The notes under the pieces: model-generated
The model's input: only the letters and a program-made list of their open reading frames with translations
What the model was told of the DNA's origin: nothing
Databases searched by the model: none
Program-made: the position numbers and the translations under genes
Origin: Tubulanus polymorphus
Lineage: Eukaryota > Animalia > Nemertea
Assembly (NCBI RefSeq): GCF_964204645.1
Contig: NC_134025.1
Span: 18,637,101 to 18,701,100, forward strand
DNA length: 64,000 nucleotides
Direction: 5' to 3'
Shown here: piece by piece, positions 12,701-26,416 of the stretch
How the letters are laid out: every line of letters begins with the position of its first letter
Position numbering within the stretch: position 1 is the stretch's first letter

Positions 12701-13279
12701 CCCTTTCGCTACGTGTGACGTTTTGGAAACGTCATATGAGTGACACGTGCTGTGCGTATGACGTTGTAGAAACGTCATGCACCTATTGATTTATAACTCG
12801 AACGCGTACACAGCAAACAGTATGGAAACGCATGTAAGACAAGATAGTTAGCTTTCTAAACAACAGATGGCGAAAATGCGTCAGTAGTTGGTGCTGTCAG
12901 CCTGTTGAGCACATGGTAATTTGCGCGGGATTGAGATGGCTCCCCACTTACGTACCTCTACCAGCGGAAAAGGATATCCCATATCAATTGAATTTCTTTC
13001 ATCCACACCGTAGCATCAATCACCAAAGACTGAGATAGGCACTTGGGTGAAAAACTGAAAAAAAAAAATTTCTAACCCATCCTGACCCCCCCCCCCCCCC
13101 AACACGCCCCCCCTACAGAAAAGGCTGTTGGTATGATTTTTTACTGATTTTCACTAAATAACATCATAATCTTCGATAAAAACGCGAAAAATCGGGGTTA
13201 AAAACAATTTGAAAAAAATCGAATTTTTCGGAAAATACCTTACGTAGGGGGCGGTGCAAGCGTGTACGCAGCGAAAGGG
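12701..13279. mobile_element. piggyBac-type MITE
   Basis: TTAA|CCCTTTCGCT ... AGCGAAAGGG|TTAA. Confidence 0.85.
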
Positions 13280-16200
13280 TTAAGTAGCTCTTATGTGGCA
13301 GAATTGAAAGTGGGGCACTGAAACACTGAAACCTCAAAAGTTTTGCTTTGATAGGATGTTTCCTATGTTGATAGTACTGTCATTTATCACTAAAAATAAT
13401 AGTTCAATTATAACTGATTATTAAGAAATCAATTTATGACATGGAAATGAAATTTAGATGACACAATTGAACAAATATCACTAAAATTCACCATACAGCC
13501 AGATAACCGTTTTTTAGACCCCCATCCCCCTTCAGAGATAAGAACGCCAAACTATAAAATCCGGGGTTTTTTAGAAGTTACCTAAGTTCCCTACCGTACA
13601 GCGACGCCGCCGCCACGAGCCACCTGACTCAATTTCTTCCAAAACTCTGCGCAAAGAGACGAGCGGGGATGGCGGGCGGGAATATCCTGTGCCCCACGTA
13701 AGTATCCCTCAGAAAATCAAATTTTAATCCGGAAAATTATGATATTTCCCTCAGGATACATTACGTGGGGCACAGGCCCCAGATTAGAAGGATTAGCACC
13801 AGGCGGTGGGTAAGGCTCCCAAAAATGTGTAAAGGCAAAAGCCTAAAAGCAAGTTGAACAAACGTAAAAATTCACCTAGGAAATAGCACGAGGACGAAAA
13901 AATCTGTGCTAAACCTGGGCTACAAAGGCAAAAATGCCTGGTAAAGATTAGACATCTGACTCCAGCCCGAGGATTCCAAACTAGAAACCTGGCTGGAGCG
14001 CACTGACTATATCATAAACATATATAAACATACATATACACATAAACATATGCACACATACACATAAATACATACACATATATACATACACATATAATAT
14101 ATATATATACATATCAGGATATATATTCATTAACAGATTGCCAAAACATGACAAGTGCCCCAAGGGGCACTATGGCCAGCTTTGCATAAAATGGCAAATG
14201 ATGATGCATTCATTCTGTGGGTTAAATTTGTCAAAATACACTCCCAGCTCAGAGTCAATACCTAATGATTTACACAATTCATTTGTAGAATACAAAAGTA
14301 GCACACACAGCGACTGGATCTGGCAGAAACAAATACAGCAGATAAATATTTTCCCTTGATCTTATTGATCTTAATGTGGAATAGAATTGAATAATCTGAA
14401 ATTTGCTGAATAAAACAAAATTAAATTGGATTTGATGTTCTTATTTGTTCAATAAAGTAAAATTGAATTGGATTTGATATTTTTTGGCGGAATAAAATTT
14501 GATTTAATTTATAGTTTGAGCACATGGCTTATTAACATATCAAGGTAATCTATCCGATTTAAGAAAAAGCTATTTTTCCCGGACTTTCACAATGGTCAAT
14601 GATATTTTCTGTAATGCTAATAAAAATATTCCCCCCAAAAACCAAATCAACTAAAGCTTTCACAGAAATCGATCTTGAAATACAATTTTAGATCTTAAAA
14701 TAAAACCCGGAAGTAGACGATACTGCGGGTTCACGTGAACACCTGCAGATTTCTGCGGCTAAGCCAATATTTTTGCGATCAGATATTCACGAAAAAGCTC
14801 ATATTAATTTCAACGAGGCCCTCTTTCAAAATTCAGCTACGTAGAGTTTGGAGAATTGATAATGCTTTAATGAATGATTTGTATGAATATAAGCTCAGAT
14901 GCACCATAAAAGAGCCTTTGCTCTGGAAACCATGTCATTTCAATTCGCTCCATTTGTATAGTAATAGGCTCAGCCTACGGCTGGCCTAAAAATCATGTTA
15001 CTAAAAATCATGTTAATAATATCTGCCGCACTGAGAGAGTGAGTCTCCCGGATGAGTTCCGATTGACAAACACTCTCGCCCAGCTGCTCACCGGCCGAGG
15101 ACCTGACCCAGAGATGCCGATAAAGAGCAGGGAAAATCCCAAATAACCTCAAATTAACAGTCAGACCTCCTGATCCGGATCAAAAAGAACCATTGGAGAT
15201 AAAGACTGAAACACGGAATGAGGAACTAACCCCGAAACAGAATTCAGAGTTTTCATTACATACTTTGGCCTATCGCTGGTAAAATACACAGTAGACCTAA
15301 ATATCTTTCAATAAAGGAAAGCGAAGGGGTTCCCACTGCCCCAGGAGCTCCTCCACAAAAACTTCAATAGAAGCGCTCGAAAAACCACCCATGAAGCAGC
15401 TATAAAAAACACTTAACGACTAGACAAACCATGTGAGTAGGATCGGACCCATCGACGAAAAAAGACCATTCGAATGAGATCAGACAACCAACGAGTGAAG
15501 CTGTCGACGAATGCTCCTTCCGAGATATGAACAACTGATCTCTCACCTAAGATGAGACTTTCTGACTCAATAACTCAACCTCCGGCCAGAACTCTAGCCT
15601 GCCCAGGGAGTTGAATGGACCCTATGGTTCAGCGCCTCCACCTCCACACTCAACCAATCCCGACTGGCGATTAAGTTGAGGTAGGGCGGAGAGTAATAAA
15701 AGAACCGGGACTGAAATGATCAGACCAGGCTGGTTAGTCAAAGCATGGATTTCCGACCTCCTAGGCTGGCATAGAAGAGAAGGAAAACTCCTGCTTAATG
15801 AAACTCTTGAAGAAGGGCGATACGGATGGGCCACAAGATACTTCAGCACCACCACGAGTCCTTAAGTCCCATTCAGGCACTTCCCGAGGCACCTCCAGTC
15901 GAGCAACCGAAAAAAGTGCTACCGGTTGGAGAATATGGTGCTTGGATAACAGGTTCAGAGTACTTGTCGCCCTAAAAGCATAGGCGATTGCGGCTGGTAA
16001 CCGTTAAGGTTAGGAGCCATCTATAAAGTATGTACACATGGTCTAGCTAGGACCAGAGCCAGATCTTACGTAAAGCGCACAACAGGTGGCAGACAGCTAT
16101 CAATCTGCACACCCCGAGTGGACAAATTATGTCATATATACACATCCCTCCGATCCTGGAAGAATGATAACAGTTCTGAATCAAATCACTGCGAGACCGA

Positions 16201-18297
16201 ACTGACTCTCTATCATCTAATCACCGATAAAAACCGTTGGTAAGATGTGAGTTAATGTAATGGAGTTAAAGACAATATCATAAAACTACAGTGATTCACA
16301 TTTATATGATATCAAAAGTATATACTCAAATAAATCCATAACTTTTCACCTACGGAAAGTAAGAGTGACTCTAAACCTCAAGGGAAGAGGAAAAGAATTC
16401 AGGTGCCAGTGAGGGTGCACAGATTGTTCACTCGTTGACCACCTGAACCTGCTTAGAGCTTCCACGTGAAAACTTAAATCCTGCCTATGCTAGGGCACTG
16501 GATTTAGTGATAAAGGGGAAAACCCCAGACTGAAAACCCTGCACTCTTAGGAGACGCTCATCCACGGTCGACTCAATATTCGGTTGAGCATTATAAGTGC
16601 CAGGTGCCTACAGAAAACCCCTCTGTGATAGAAGGGAGGGAATGAAGGCACACGCCGGAACACATGCCCAGAAGGCTGAGAAACCAACCCATCATGCCCG
16701 AGCTGGCCCCTGAGGTGTAATCAAAACTATCCGGCAGGACAACGCTGGCTCTAGCTGGCCAAGGACTGCTGTCACTACTTGGCTGGGGTTAAATATACGC
16801 TAGGATTCCATCTCAGCGGTACAAAAGCGTCTTATCTTCCACGCCATCTGGTCGGAACAGGGACACAGACAGCGGGAAACCCTCGGATTGACACCTCCGT
16901 AGAAGAGAAAATAAATTCATTAGGGATGGCCAAGGCCTGAGGAGCGGCTCTGATATCCTTCATGCCTGCTAGTTTAACTACAGAGATATGAATTCCTTCG
17001 AACTTGCACCAGGAGAGAATATCTGCTGTCTGATCAGAGAGAATAACTGACCGAGTGCCTCCTAGATTACGAAGACAGGACCAGACTGGCTATTGATGGC
17101 TAACGATACGTGTCTGTATATCAGACTCCCGAGAGGAACGTCCAGGGAAGGGGTTGCTGTAGAACATCCCAACCCCTTGTCGATCAGTGCCAGCCGGCCC
17201 TCCAAAATCTCTGAAATGGCCTGCTGTGAAGGTGCACCGCTGGGAGCATCAAGAACGAGGACCCTAGACCAGTACTGCCCCTAACGAGTGATGCAGGACA
17301 GCCTGGATATCGCTTCTCAGAGCTGACTACCCTGGCTTGGGCGGGGTGGTTATCCCGACCCTGGAAGGTCAAACACCATGTCCACATCAAGGCGATCGAT
17401 GCCACCCAATTGGCCGGGGGCAGAGCCTGCACTACCTCCCAGCAAATCCTGTTGCGGGAGAGGTGTACCTCATGAACCTCTGGGTCTTATGCCCAGAGGA
17501 TGTCTCACAAGGCGAGACACAAGCGAACTGGAGACGAAAGCCTTAACTCACAAGGCCACTCCGTGGACTTAAGTTAGCACCATACAAAAGGGCTAGGGTG
17601 AGAGAAAGTGCCGTGCCTCTACCATCATCCTCAACCACTTGCCTTAACCTCGACTGCTCGTCCACCAGTGTTTGTAAAGAACAAAATCTGTGACCACGGC
17701 TTTTAGAAAGCCTAATGGACCCTTTAATGTTCTGATCAGACCAAGACCTGGGAGTCAGTAATACGCTACACTCAACGCAACGGCAGACTCCGGATGCCAA
17801 ACTTTCCCAACATAGGTCGCGCCACTCTGTGCACCGAGCAACTGCCGACTGCCGACCAAAATTAGTTATATTTTATTCCTCAAATATCAACAATTATCAT
17901 GTCAGAAGGGTCATTCATTATTCACACCTTAGACCATCATTTCACGTTTTGTACATTATTCATAATCGTTACCAAGTATAGACAGTGTCAACCTGTTTGA
18001 GAATTAAACTTTTGTTTCTAACTTTTCAGACTGGACGTTCTGTCTCCAGTCACCATTAATTAGTAATATCATGTTATTCAACTAATTGTTAGTATCTCAC
18101 AGGTTTACCAGCTTTGTTTGCACCTGTTGAGCATGCTCAATCTGTTTCTGCCTAGATGGTTACTATGTACAATTAGCAGATCAATCTATTGTTTTGAGAA
18201 GTTGGACTTAGTTTTGACCAATCAACGAGTGTTGTTTGTTTGTTGACCCGCCCCTTGGTGATGGGCCAGCTGAGTATCTTGAGAAGGAAAATCAAAC

Positions 18298-18829
<532 letters not shown>

Positions 18830-19964
18830 TCTACCATCGATAGTTCCCAACTCCATTAACGGCATAAACTTCGTTAATACAAATGCGCCACCGAGCCGCT
18901 CAGGATCTGGCTTAATTACCAAGAATGAACACGACATGAGTTGAACACCGGTTCGGTCTGTAGTTTATCGGACTCGACCAATGCTAGAGGTTTACAGCGC
19001 CACCGTACGGTACGGGGAACTCCAAAAAATGTTTAGCGGTATAGTTTCCAAACTAAGGTAACTTCTAAAATGTGCCCCACGTAATGTATCCTGAGGGAAA
19101 TACATACACACTCATCGTAATACTAATGTAGATACAATTCTATTACTTTTATAATTTTACGTGACAAGTAAAACAGGCACTGAACACTTTTACGGTTCAC
19201 CTGATTACCTATCCCGCCGGACCAATTGAGTGAGAACATCACCCCCCATACTTTTACATAATTTTTGGACTATTTGGAAAATTGATATTTTTCAAACCAA
19301 AGTCCGCGGGAAACCGCGGATCCGCGGGGAATTCTCATCCCTGCCCCTTGTACGATCTTGGTATTTATTTCATTGACCCCCACCCGTACGTACATTTTGA
19401 AAGCCCCCCTCAGATCTACAAATTAGACTTAATCCAACTTAATAGAACTTTTGACCTACCTTCACTTGACTAACTATATAAGCTAGTATTAACTAGCTAG
19501 TATTAAGTAGGATTTCATGAGATAAGAATCGGTTTACCGTAATTTATTATGTCTCAGACATATGTTCTCTCGTCCATTAAGTACGTACATTGGTTTGAGA
19601 GACCCCCCTACCAGAAAAGTACATACATTTTTGAGAGACCCCCCTACCAGAAAAGTACATACATTTTTCTTTAACCCCCCTCCCCTATACAAAGCGAGTA
19701 CATTATTATTCTTTAACCCCCTCCCCCTAAAATCGTACATACTATTTGAACGCTCCCGATTCAGTCGAGCTGACTTTACTGTTGAATCTTATCGAGGGTA
19801 AGTTACAAGAATGATTTCTACCTATCATTGGACTGACACTCCTGATAAAATTATACTTTTATTATCTTCGACATTGCGAACTCATTTGACCAAATGCTTA
19901 ATTGGCTTAATTAACTGAGGTCCTAACTGAATTTGCAGGGATTCTGGAGTAGGAAAGTACATAC

Positions 19965-20278
19965 CATGCATGATTGACAGTGACAAATCTTTTTCCGCCA
20001 CCCGTCCACCCAGTATGTTGCACCAGTACAAGAAGCCATGTCTAATTTGCGTTTTTTCAAATTGTCTAATAAGCACGCAGCTTGAGCACCATCACTACTA
20101 CTACACACTGGCTCCTCTTTAACACAGGATTCTGTAAAATCCTTCAACTTAGTACTATATTCTGATGTTTGTTCATTAGATTCCACTTCTTCTGATGCAA
20201 CATAATCAGTTTTCGCAAGTCGAATATCAGAAACCTTTTTATGATGACATGATTCTTCATTCTTGATTAAAGAGAAAT
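19965..20278 (-). CDS. UBR7: UBR7 coding exon 7
   Basis: Open frame (D)FSLIKNEE...ATYWVDGWRKKICHCQSCM matches UBR7 C-terminal W...WR..LC.C..CM motif; TTTTAG acceptor in phase 1, GTATGT donor, 314 nt. Confidence 0.85.
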
Positions 20279-20633
20279 CTAAAATAAAAAGAAAAAAACC
20301 GATGTTATAATTTGCTTATCAAAAATGAGTTCCAGGAACTTAACAAGCACATTTTGTGTTGAGAATAATCTTCATGGACATCGATGAAAAAATCATTTAG
20401 CAAGAATGTGGCGTATACTCTCTGGGTTAAGCTAACAGTAAAAGGGGAAAGAAATCAAAGACAAGTAACAAGTATTTTATATATATTTCAGGAACAGCAG
20501 TTTACTTAAAAATATAGCTGCAAAGCAGCGATGACGGGTTTTCTTCAAAGCCATTCAGGATGATGTGAATTGTAGTATATTGAAATACCGATAAATAGAA
20601 TAAAATGCATTGACAGATTTGAACCTAATATGC

Positions 20634-21163
20634 AAACAAGAAGCCTGTCGGCTTATATAGCTCCGCTGTCTTTGTTGTGGCTTGGAGCATAGACTATCAC
20701 ATCAGTATCTATTTGAATCTAGATGTTCAGGGACATTATAGCCACTTGGAGAAGGGCCACAATACCAATAATCATACTAACATACTCTAAACTGACAAAC
20801 TGTTGGAACTGAAGTCATAAGTGGAACAAACTGTAGTCCCCAAGTATAGGCACCAAGTGAAATTTATCAAAAATCTATGCAATTGCTTCGATATAGAATG
20901 GCTCTATACTTTTGTAGGCACTCCCCAATAGATCATTCATATGAAGTTTGGTTGATATCTACTGAAAACTGGAGTAGAAGTAGCAATTTAAGTGAAAATC
21001 TAAAAATAGCCCTAATTTGCATAATTTATGCAAAATCAAAAGTATGGCTCTATACTTTTGTAGGCACTCCCCCATACATCATTCGTACCAAGTTTGGTTG
21101 ATATCTACTGAAAACTGAAGTAGAAGTAGCGAGTAGAAGACCTTCGGTCACAGCGGAGCTAAA
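20634..21163 (-). mobile_element. Short HINE-type element (family 4)
   Basis: Subterminal inverted repeats AGCTCCGCTG / CAGCGGAGCT, small terminal hairpins, internal tandem duplication (20898-20989 vs 21045-21130), A-tract flanks. Confidence 0.6.
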
Positions 21164-22639
21164 AATGAGTAAACGTCAAATGTGATTCAGCTTTGAAACC
21201 GAACATACAATCAACAAATATGAATTTATTCGACCAGGCATTTATTTTGGCATTCAAACATCATGATCCTGTATTATCACCACGCTAAAAATGGATCTGT
21301 CCTATTTAGAACTCATCTTAAGCACCTGCTGAGTCAATAGATTGAGTAAATTTACAGATAAGAACGTATTATGATTTGGAATACATTTAAAAAGTTTATC
21401 TTTTTTTGAAATATTTGTATAAATACATTTATTGTAGTGATCCAATCAATAAATTATGATTTGATTTGGTCTGGGTCTCGACTGAAGTTTATTTCGGCTT
21501 TTATGTTTTACAAATTCTATACTGATAAACAATTTATACCTGCAATATGTGTATTAATATCGAACCTATTCCACTAGTTGCGGGTGTTTCCTAATAAACG
21601 AGAGAGTCATTCTTGATCTTAGTTATTAGAAAAATAATGTTCATTTAGTTATAGAAATTCATTACCTTTTTGAAAATGCTTTAATTATATTTGTTCTGTC
21701 CTAATTTCCATATTACTGCATGAACCAATGATATGCTTTGTAAATATGATGTAATAAAATAATTTTGAATTTGAATTAAATTTGAATAGGAGAATCAAGC
21801 ATAACTTGTGTTTTTTCCACTTGTCTTACTTGTCTCTGGTTAACAGTTCTAGAGTTTCAATTACAATCAAATCCAAATTGGCTAAAAAAAAATTGGACTA
21901 AATGAAATGAACTGTTAGTCACTGCAAACTTATTCCAGTGTTATGCCGATCGTGTTGAATCACTTTGATTGAGTTGAAAGAATTAGATCTTCTATGGTGC
22001 AATATCGGTCGAAGAGTGATATCTGGTGTTGACTGTCCTTGACCATTTAACTTCATGTGTTTGACATTGGAATTAGCATCATACCCATGTGAACTGCAAA
22101 ATATTCATACAACATGAAAACCTACAGTACATGTATACAGTAATCAAACTTCCACCGATTTTTGGATTTGAATGAAAGTTAGGCTTATTTCAGTATTCTT
22201 AAGCAGGAAATAATAAGCCCAATCTATAGGCCCTATTCCCATTGGTACAATTGTATAATGCGAACAGCTGTACCGTACACTTATCAGGCAAGATTGGAGA
22301 AATTGGTATACCAAACCTATGTACAGCTAAATGTACAGGCCTACAATGATTTCTGGTTGACAAGCCGTGACCACACGAACGTTTTAGTCTAGGTTTGACT
22401 ATTAATGTCAGTAGGTCAGAGAAGGCCTGGTTAAATTTAATTACACGGCTCAAATCAATTAGCCTTTCTGCCTGTGAATGTTTTGATAATATTGAGTGAA
22501 TAGTGCATAGAATGAATTAGACTTTGGGCTAGTCCTGATCAGATCCTATCCATGTGATAACAGTACCAGTTATAGTAACATCAGTGTTGAGCCGACGAGA
22601 GGGAAAAAGTTGTGTTTGTAGTACTTAGGCATGGTAGGC

Positions 22640-23000
22640 ATATCGTACTCACGTAATACTTAAAACGATGTGGTTACCCATACGTGACTGTACGGTGATT
22701 TCCACAGGTTAGCCGTATGCGAGTACATTGACGCTCTGACTAACAATATTGGGATTCGAAACCAAACAAAAAAAAGTCCAGTGATTTAACCACTGAGCCA
22801 CAGAACATAACTGCAGAGTTGATGAAAGTTGATTTACAAATAGCCTCACCTAACCCAAACCCTATTCTTTCACGCATGCACGTATGTAGATTATAGGAAT
22901 GCACGTACGGCGTTTGTAGGGAACTCACGTACGGTTGACAGTGGAGATCACCATACTGTCATGTACGGATAACAACTTTGTACTAAAAATGGTATTGGCT
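22640..23000. mobile_element. Old fold-back MITE containing a tRNA-derived SINE head
   Basis: 22679-22727 is an imperfect inverted copy of 22921-22968; minus strand 22750-22806 has A-box TGGCTCAGTGG and B-box-like GTTTCGAATCC. Confidence 0.4.
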
Positions 23001-26000
23001 ACTATTATAATAGGCCTATAGACAAATAAATACCAGTAGGCTTTCTTGACTTAGCTTCCACACTTCACAATCGAACCAACGGACCTACCAGTATATTTAA
23101 GTCCCAATACGCACCAACCGGCACAGGCCTAACACTGTTTGTCAACTGTGTGTTCCATAGTAGGCTATCGTAATCACCTGATACTTGTCTGTCGTGTTTT
23201 CTCTCGAGTCAAACGTAATTCTAGAAGCCACCTGTGACTCAACGACCTTGATTTTAACTTGATCAATTCAAAATCAATTTATTGACACTTTTGCTTACAT
23301 GAACAGATCAGTAATATACTTAAATGAAATAACCGGAATAACAAGAAATCCAAAATATCGGCATTCTCCTTGTACGGCCTGATCGCCTGGGCGCTGGTTC
23401 ATCACGGTGATGCTCTGTTTCAACTTCCATCTCCACGGGTTCGTCAATAACCTCTCCGGAAACCTCTGAACTAAATGGTCTCTCGTCACTGGATGTCGGC
23501 GGCAACTCAGCTATCGGGGATGCCTGGGAGATTCTGGAACTGGTGTATTATCCAGAGTTTTAATTGAGGGTCCTTCATTCGACGTACCCGTTGAACTTGT
23601 AGATTCACTTCCTGGGTGTTCTACTGTGGTTCCAGCACCCTGATCTACTACTACTACTTCACTTCCTTGATCTATCGTTGACTCTATGGGGATCTGTAGG
23701 ATGACGTCGGAAACACTTTCTTCATCTGAAACATCGATAGTCGGTTCATCAACAAGATCCTTGGTGTCTCGTTGTGGAGGAGACTCCGGTTACTTCATCT
23801 GTCTTGGTCTCTTATGATCTCTTGTCATCTCCTCACAATCCCTCAAAGAGAAGGCTAGTAAATGCAGCATATTTCTGTGAAGCGTACGCTTCTTCTTTGA
23901 ATTTCTCCCTTCGATGACGTAAACTGGTAAGTCCTCATCCGGTCGAGCAACAACTATAAATTCTTCATTCCCCCACTTGTTGGACAACTTTCCTTGAGCC
24001 TTTGGTCCCGTGTTACGTACTAATACTCTGTCCCCAATGTTGATTGCACCGCCTTTTATTTGGTGATCATAGTATAAGCCGGATCTATCAGCCGCGGATA
24101 CCATGTGTCGACGGGCTATCTCATGAGCTTGTCGGATTTCCTCTTGCAGATTTTCTCCAAATTTAGTCCTGCACCTCAATTTGTCTAATTGGAATATCCT
24201 ATCGAGTTGTAACGTAGGCTCACGCCCAAACAGCAATCTATATGATGAATATCCTATAGTACGGTGAGGGGTATTATTGTATTGCCAGACGACCCTATTT
24301 AGATGTTTACACCATTTCCCTTTTTGATCTTCAGCGAGTAGCGAAAGTCTGCTCAGAAGGGTCTGGTTCATCTTCTCGACACATCCATTTCCCTCCGGAT
24401 GATAGGGAGACGATCTGCTTTTTTCCATACCCACAACTTTTTTTGCATAACTCCTTCAACACCTGACTTTCAAAGTTTCTCCCCTGGTCGCTGTGCAGTT
24501 TCTTCGGTATACCGTACCGGACAATAAACTGACTATAAATCGCTCTCGCAGTTGTTGTTGCCAGCTGATTTTTCGTTGGAATTACGACTGAGAACTTGGA
24601 GAAGTGGTCCATTAAGACGAGTAAGTTCTAGAATCCCGCGGATGGTTCAAGTTTAAGGAAATCCATACAGAGAAGTTCCAAGGGTTCACCCGTGAGAATG
24701 GATTCCAATGGTGCTCGATCTGCAGTAGCTCGGTTCACTACACATCTACGACACGTTTTACAATACTGCTCCACGTCGGAAAACATTCCTGGCCACAGAA
24801 ATCGTGAGTTAACGACAGTCCACGTCTTGTCTCTACCAATGTGGCCGAGTCAGTCATGGGCCCAGTGGAGTATGAATTCTATTTTATGATAAGGTATCAA
24901 CACTTGGTGAACAGAGCCGCCCTCAACATTTTTCTTCCGAGTCAGTATTCCATCCTGCACTTCCAAGGAAGACAGGTATTTGACATAGCGCTGTTCCCAG
25001 CGATTCGCAGGACAGAACTTCTTGTTCTTCATGACGCATTCCTTCAACTTGCAAATGGTTTCGTCATGCTCCTGTAGCTCGTAGCCGGAATGGTGACGTC
25101 CCTGTCTGTAAAATTTCGCACATGTATTCCCACACGACTACACTGAACTTTAGAGACTTTGGATAATGTGGGCATAACACTAAGTCCGTCTAGGCGGGCT
25201 TTGTCCGTCATCACCAATCCTTCCATATTTCTAACTAGCCCACGGATAGTAGATTCCGCGCCTGCAGGTATAATTACCGCAGACGTAGTTTTCACCAAGT
25301 TCAGACTTTCCTGTCTCTGATGAACCCCGGAACTTTTAAATAGTCCAAGAAATTAGTCCCAATGAGTAGTGGAACCTTTTCATGATACTCGGTTGGTTCT
25401 ACGACGAACGCCATTATGATTAAATCATCCACACCATCACAGTAATCGAGCTCCGCTATACCTTCATAAGGGAGTACATCACCAGCTACTGTGCTCAGTT
25501 CCACCGGCAGGGCTAAGTCTTCAACTGGATGAATCTCAACACTTGGATGGTGTAATTGCAGATATCTCTTAGAAACAGTAGATACGGGAGAACCACTATC
25601 TTGGAGTGACATGCATGGTTGGTTCTGTATGTACACGAGCTTTTCGCGGCGTGGACCTACTAGTTAAGTCTTGGGTTTCTGGAGGCTGTCTCCATTTTCC
25701 GCCTGGCCCCGCCTCCCTGACCAGGTTCCTCTGCATTTTCCGGACACTGAGCTTTCATGTGTCCCTTTACTCCGCACCTGTAACATGTTCTCTCTTCCAC
25801 CGGAACCGTGGGAGGTCGATTCTGTGGACCACCATTCCTCCACCTCGATGGTCTCCAGGTCCGTTGCTCTAGTTCCAGTCTCATTTTGTTCATTTCTCCT
25901 TCCATCTTACGAAGTTTGTTAAGGATCATTTGCATCTCTTCCGATTTGGTTGTTTCGTTTACCTTGGTCTGGTTTACGAAAGTTTTCCTTTTATTCCGAG

Positions 26001-26416
26001 GTGATTCGCTTTCAACTTTCCGGGCCATGGTAACTAGTTTCCTGAAGTTGTACTCCTTACAGGCCTCTCCAGAACTGTATTTTTAGCATATTGTCAGTCA
26101 CCGGCACGGAGCCTCCCCCAGTAGCTTTTACTTTTGCAGCAATCTCCTCAAGACGACTAGCATATATAGCAATGTTTTCGTCCTCTAGTTGTATGCACTG
26201 GTGAAACTTCACGAAAATCTCCTCAGGGTCTAAAACTTCCCCGTACATCAGCTCCATCTTGTCTAGAATTCTCATAGGTGTCAACTCATCATCGTCCTGG
26301 TATAAGATAGTCAACACTCGTAAAGCTGCTCCTCTTAAAGATGAACGGATCGCACGGAGGCACGTCAACTCACTGAGTGTGGTGTCCTTTATTAACCCTC
26401 TCACTTCCTGCTTCCA
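23000..26416 (-). mobile_element. Gypsy/Ty3 LTR retrotransposon remnant: gag-protease-integrase, RT/RNase H deleted
   Basis: PNMA-like gag (IRSSLRGAALRVL), CCHC knuckle CYRCGVKGHMKAQC, protease LQDSGS, integrase HHCC and DDE core (DHFSKF, HSDQGRNFES, YHPEGNGCVE); stops/frameshifts; 5' end cut off by the LINE. Confidence 0.9.

Noticed and set aside
21790-22540. Minus-strand LINE RT remnant
   Set aside because: Only a faint LIDLS-like word; too decayed to support by eye.
22750-22806. tRNA gene (also 31590-31685)
   Set aside because: Only A/B-box resemblance, no cloverleaf; treated as SINE heads.
26057-26404. Domesticated PNMA/Arc-like gag gene
   Set aside because: N-terminus truncated by the LINE, in-frame stop at 26057, contiguous with decayed protease/integrase.
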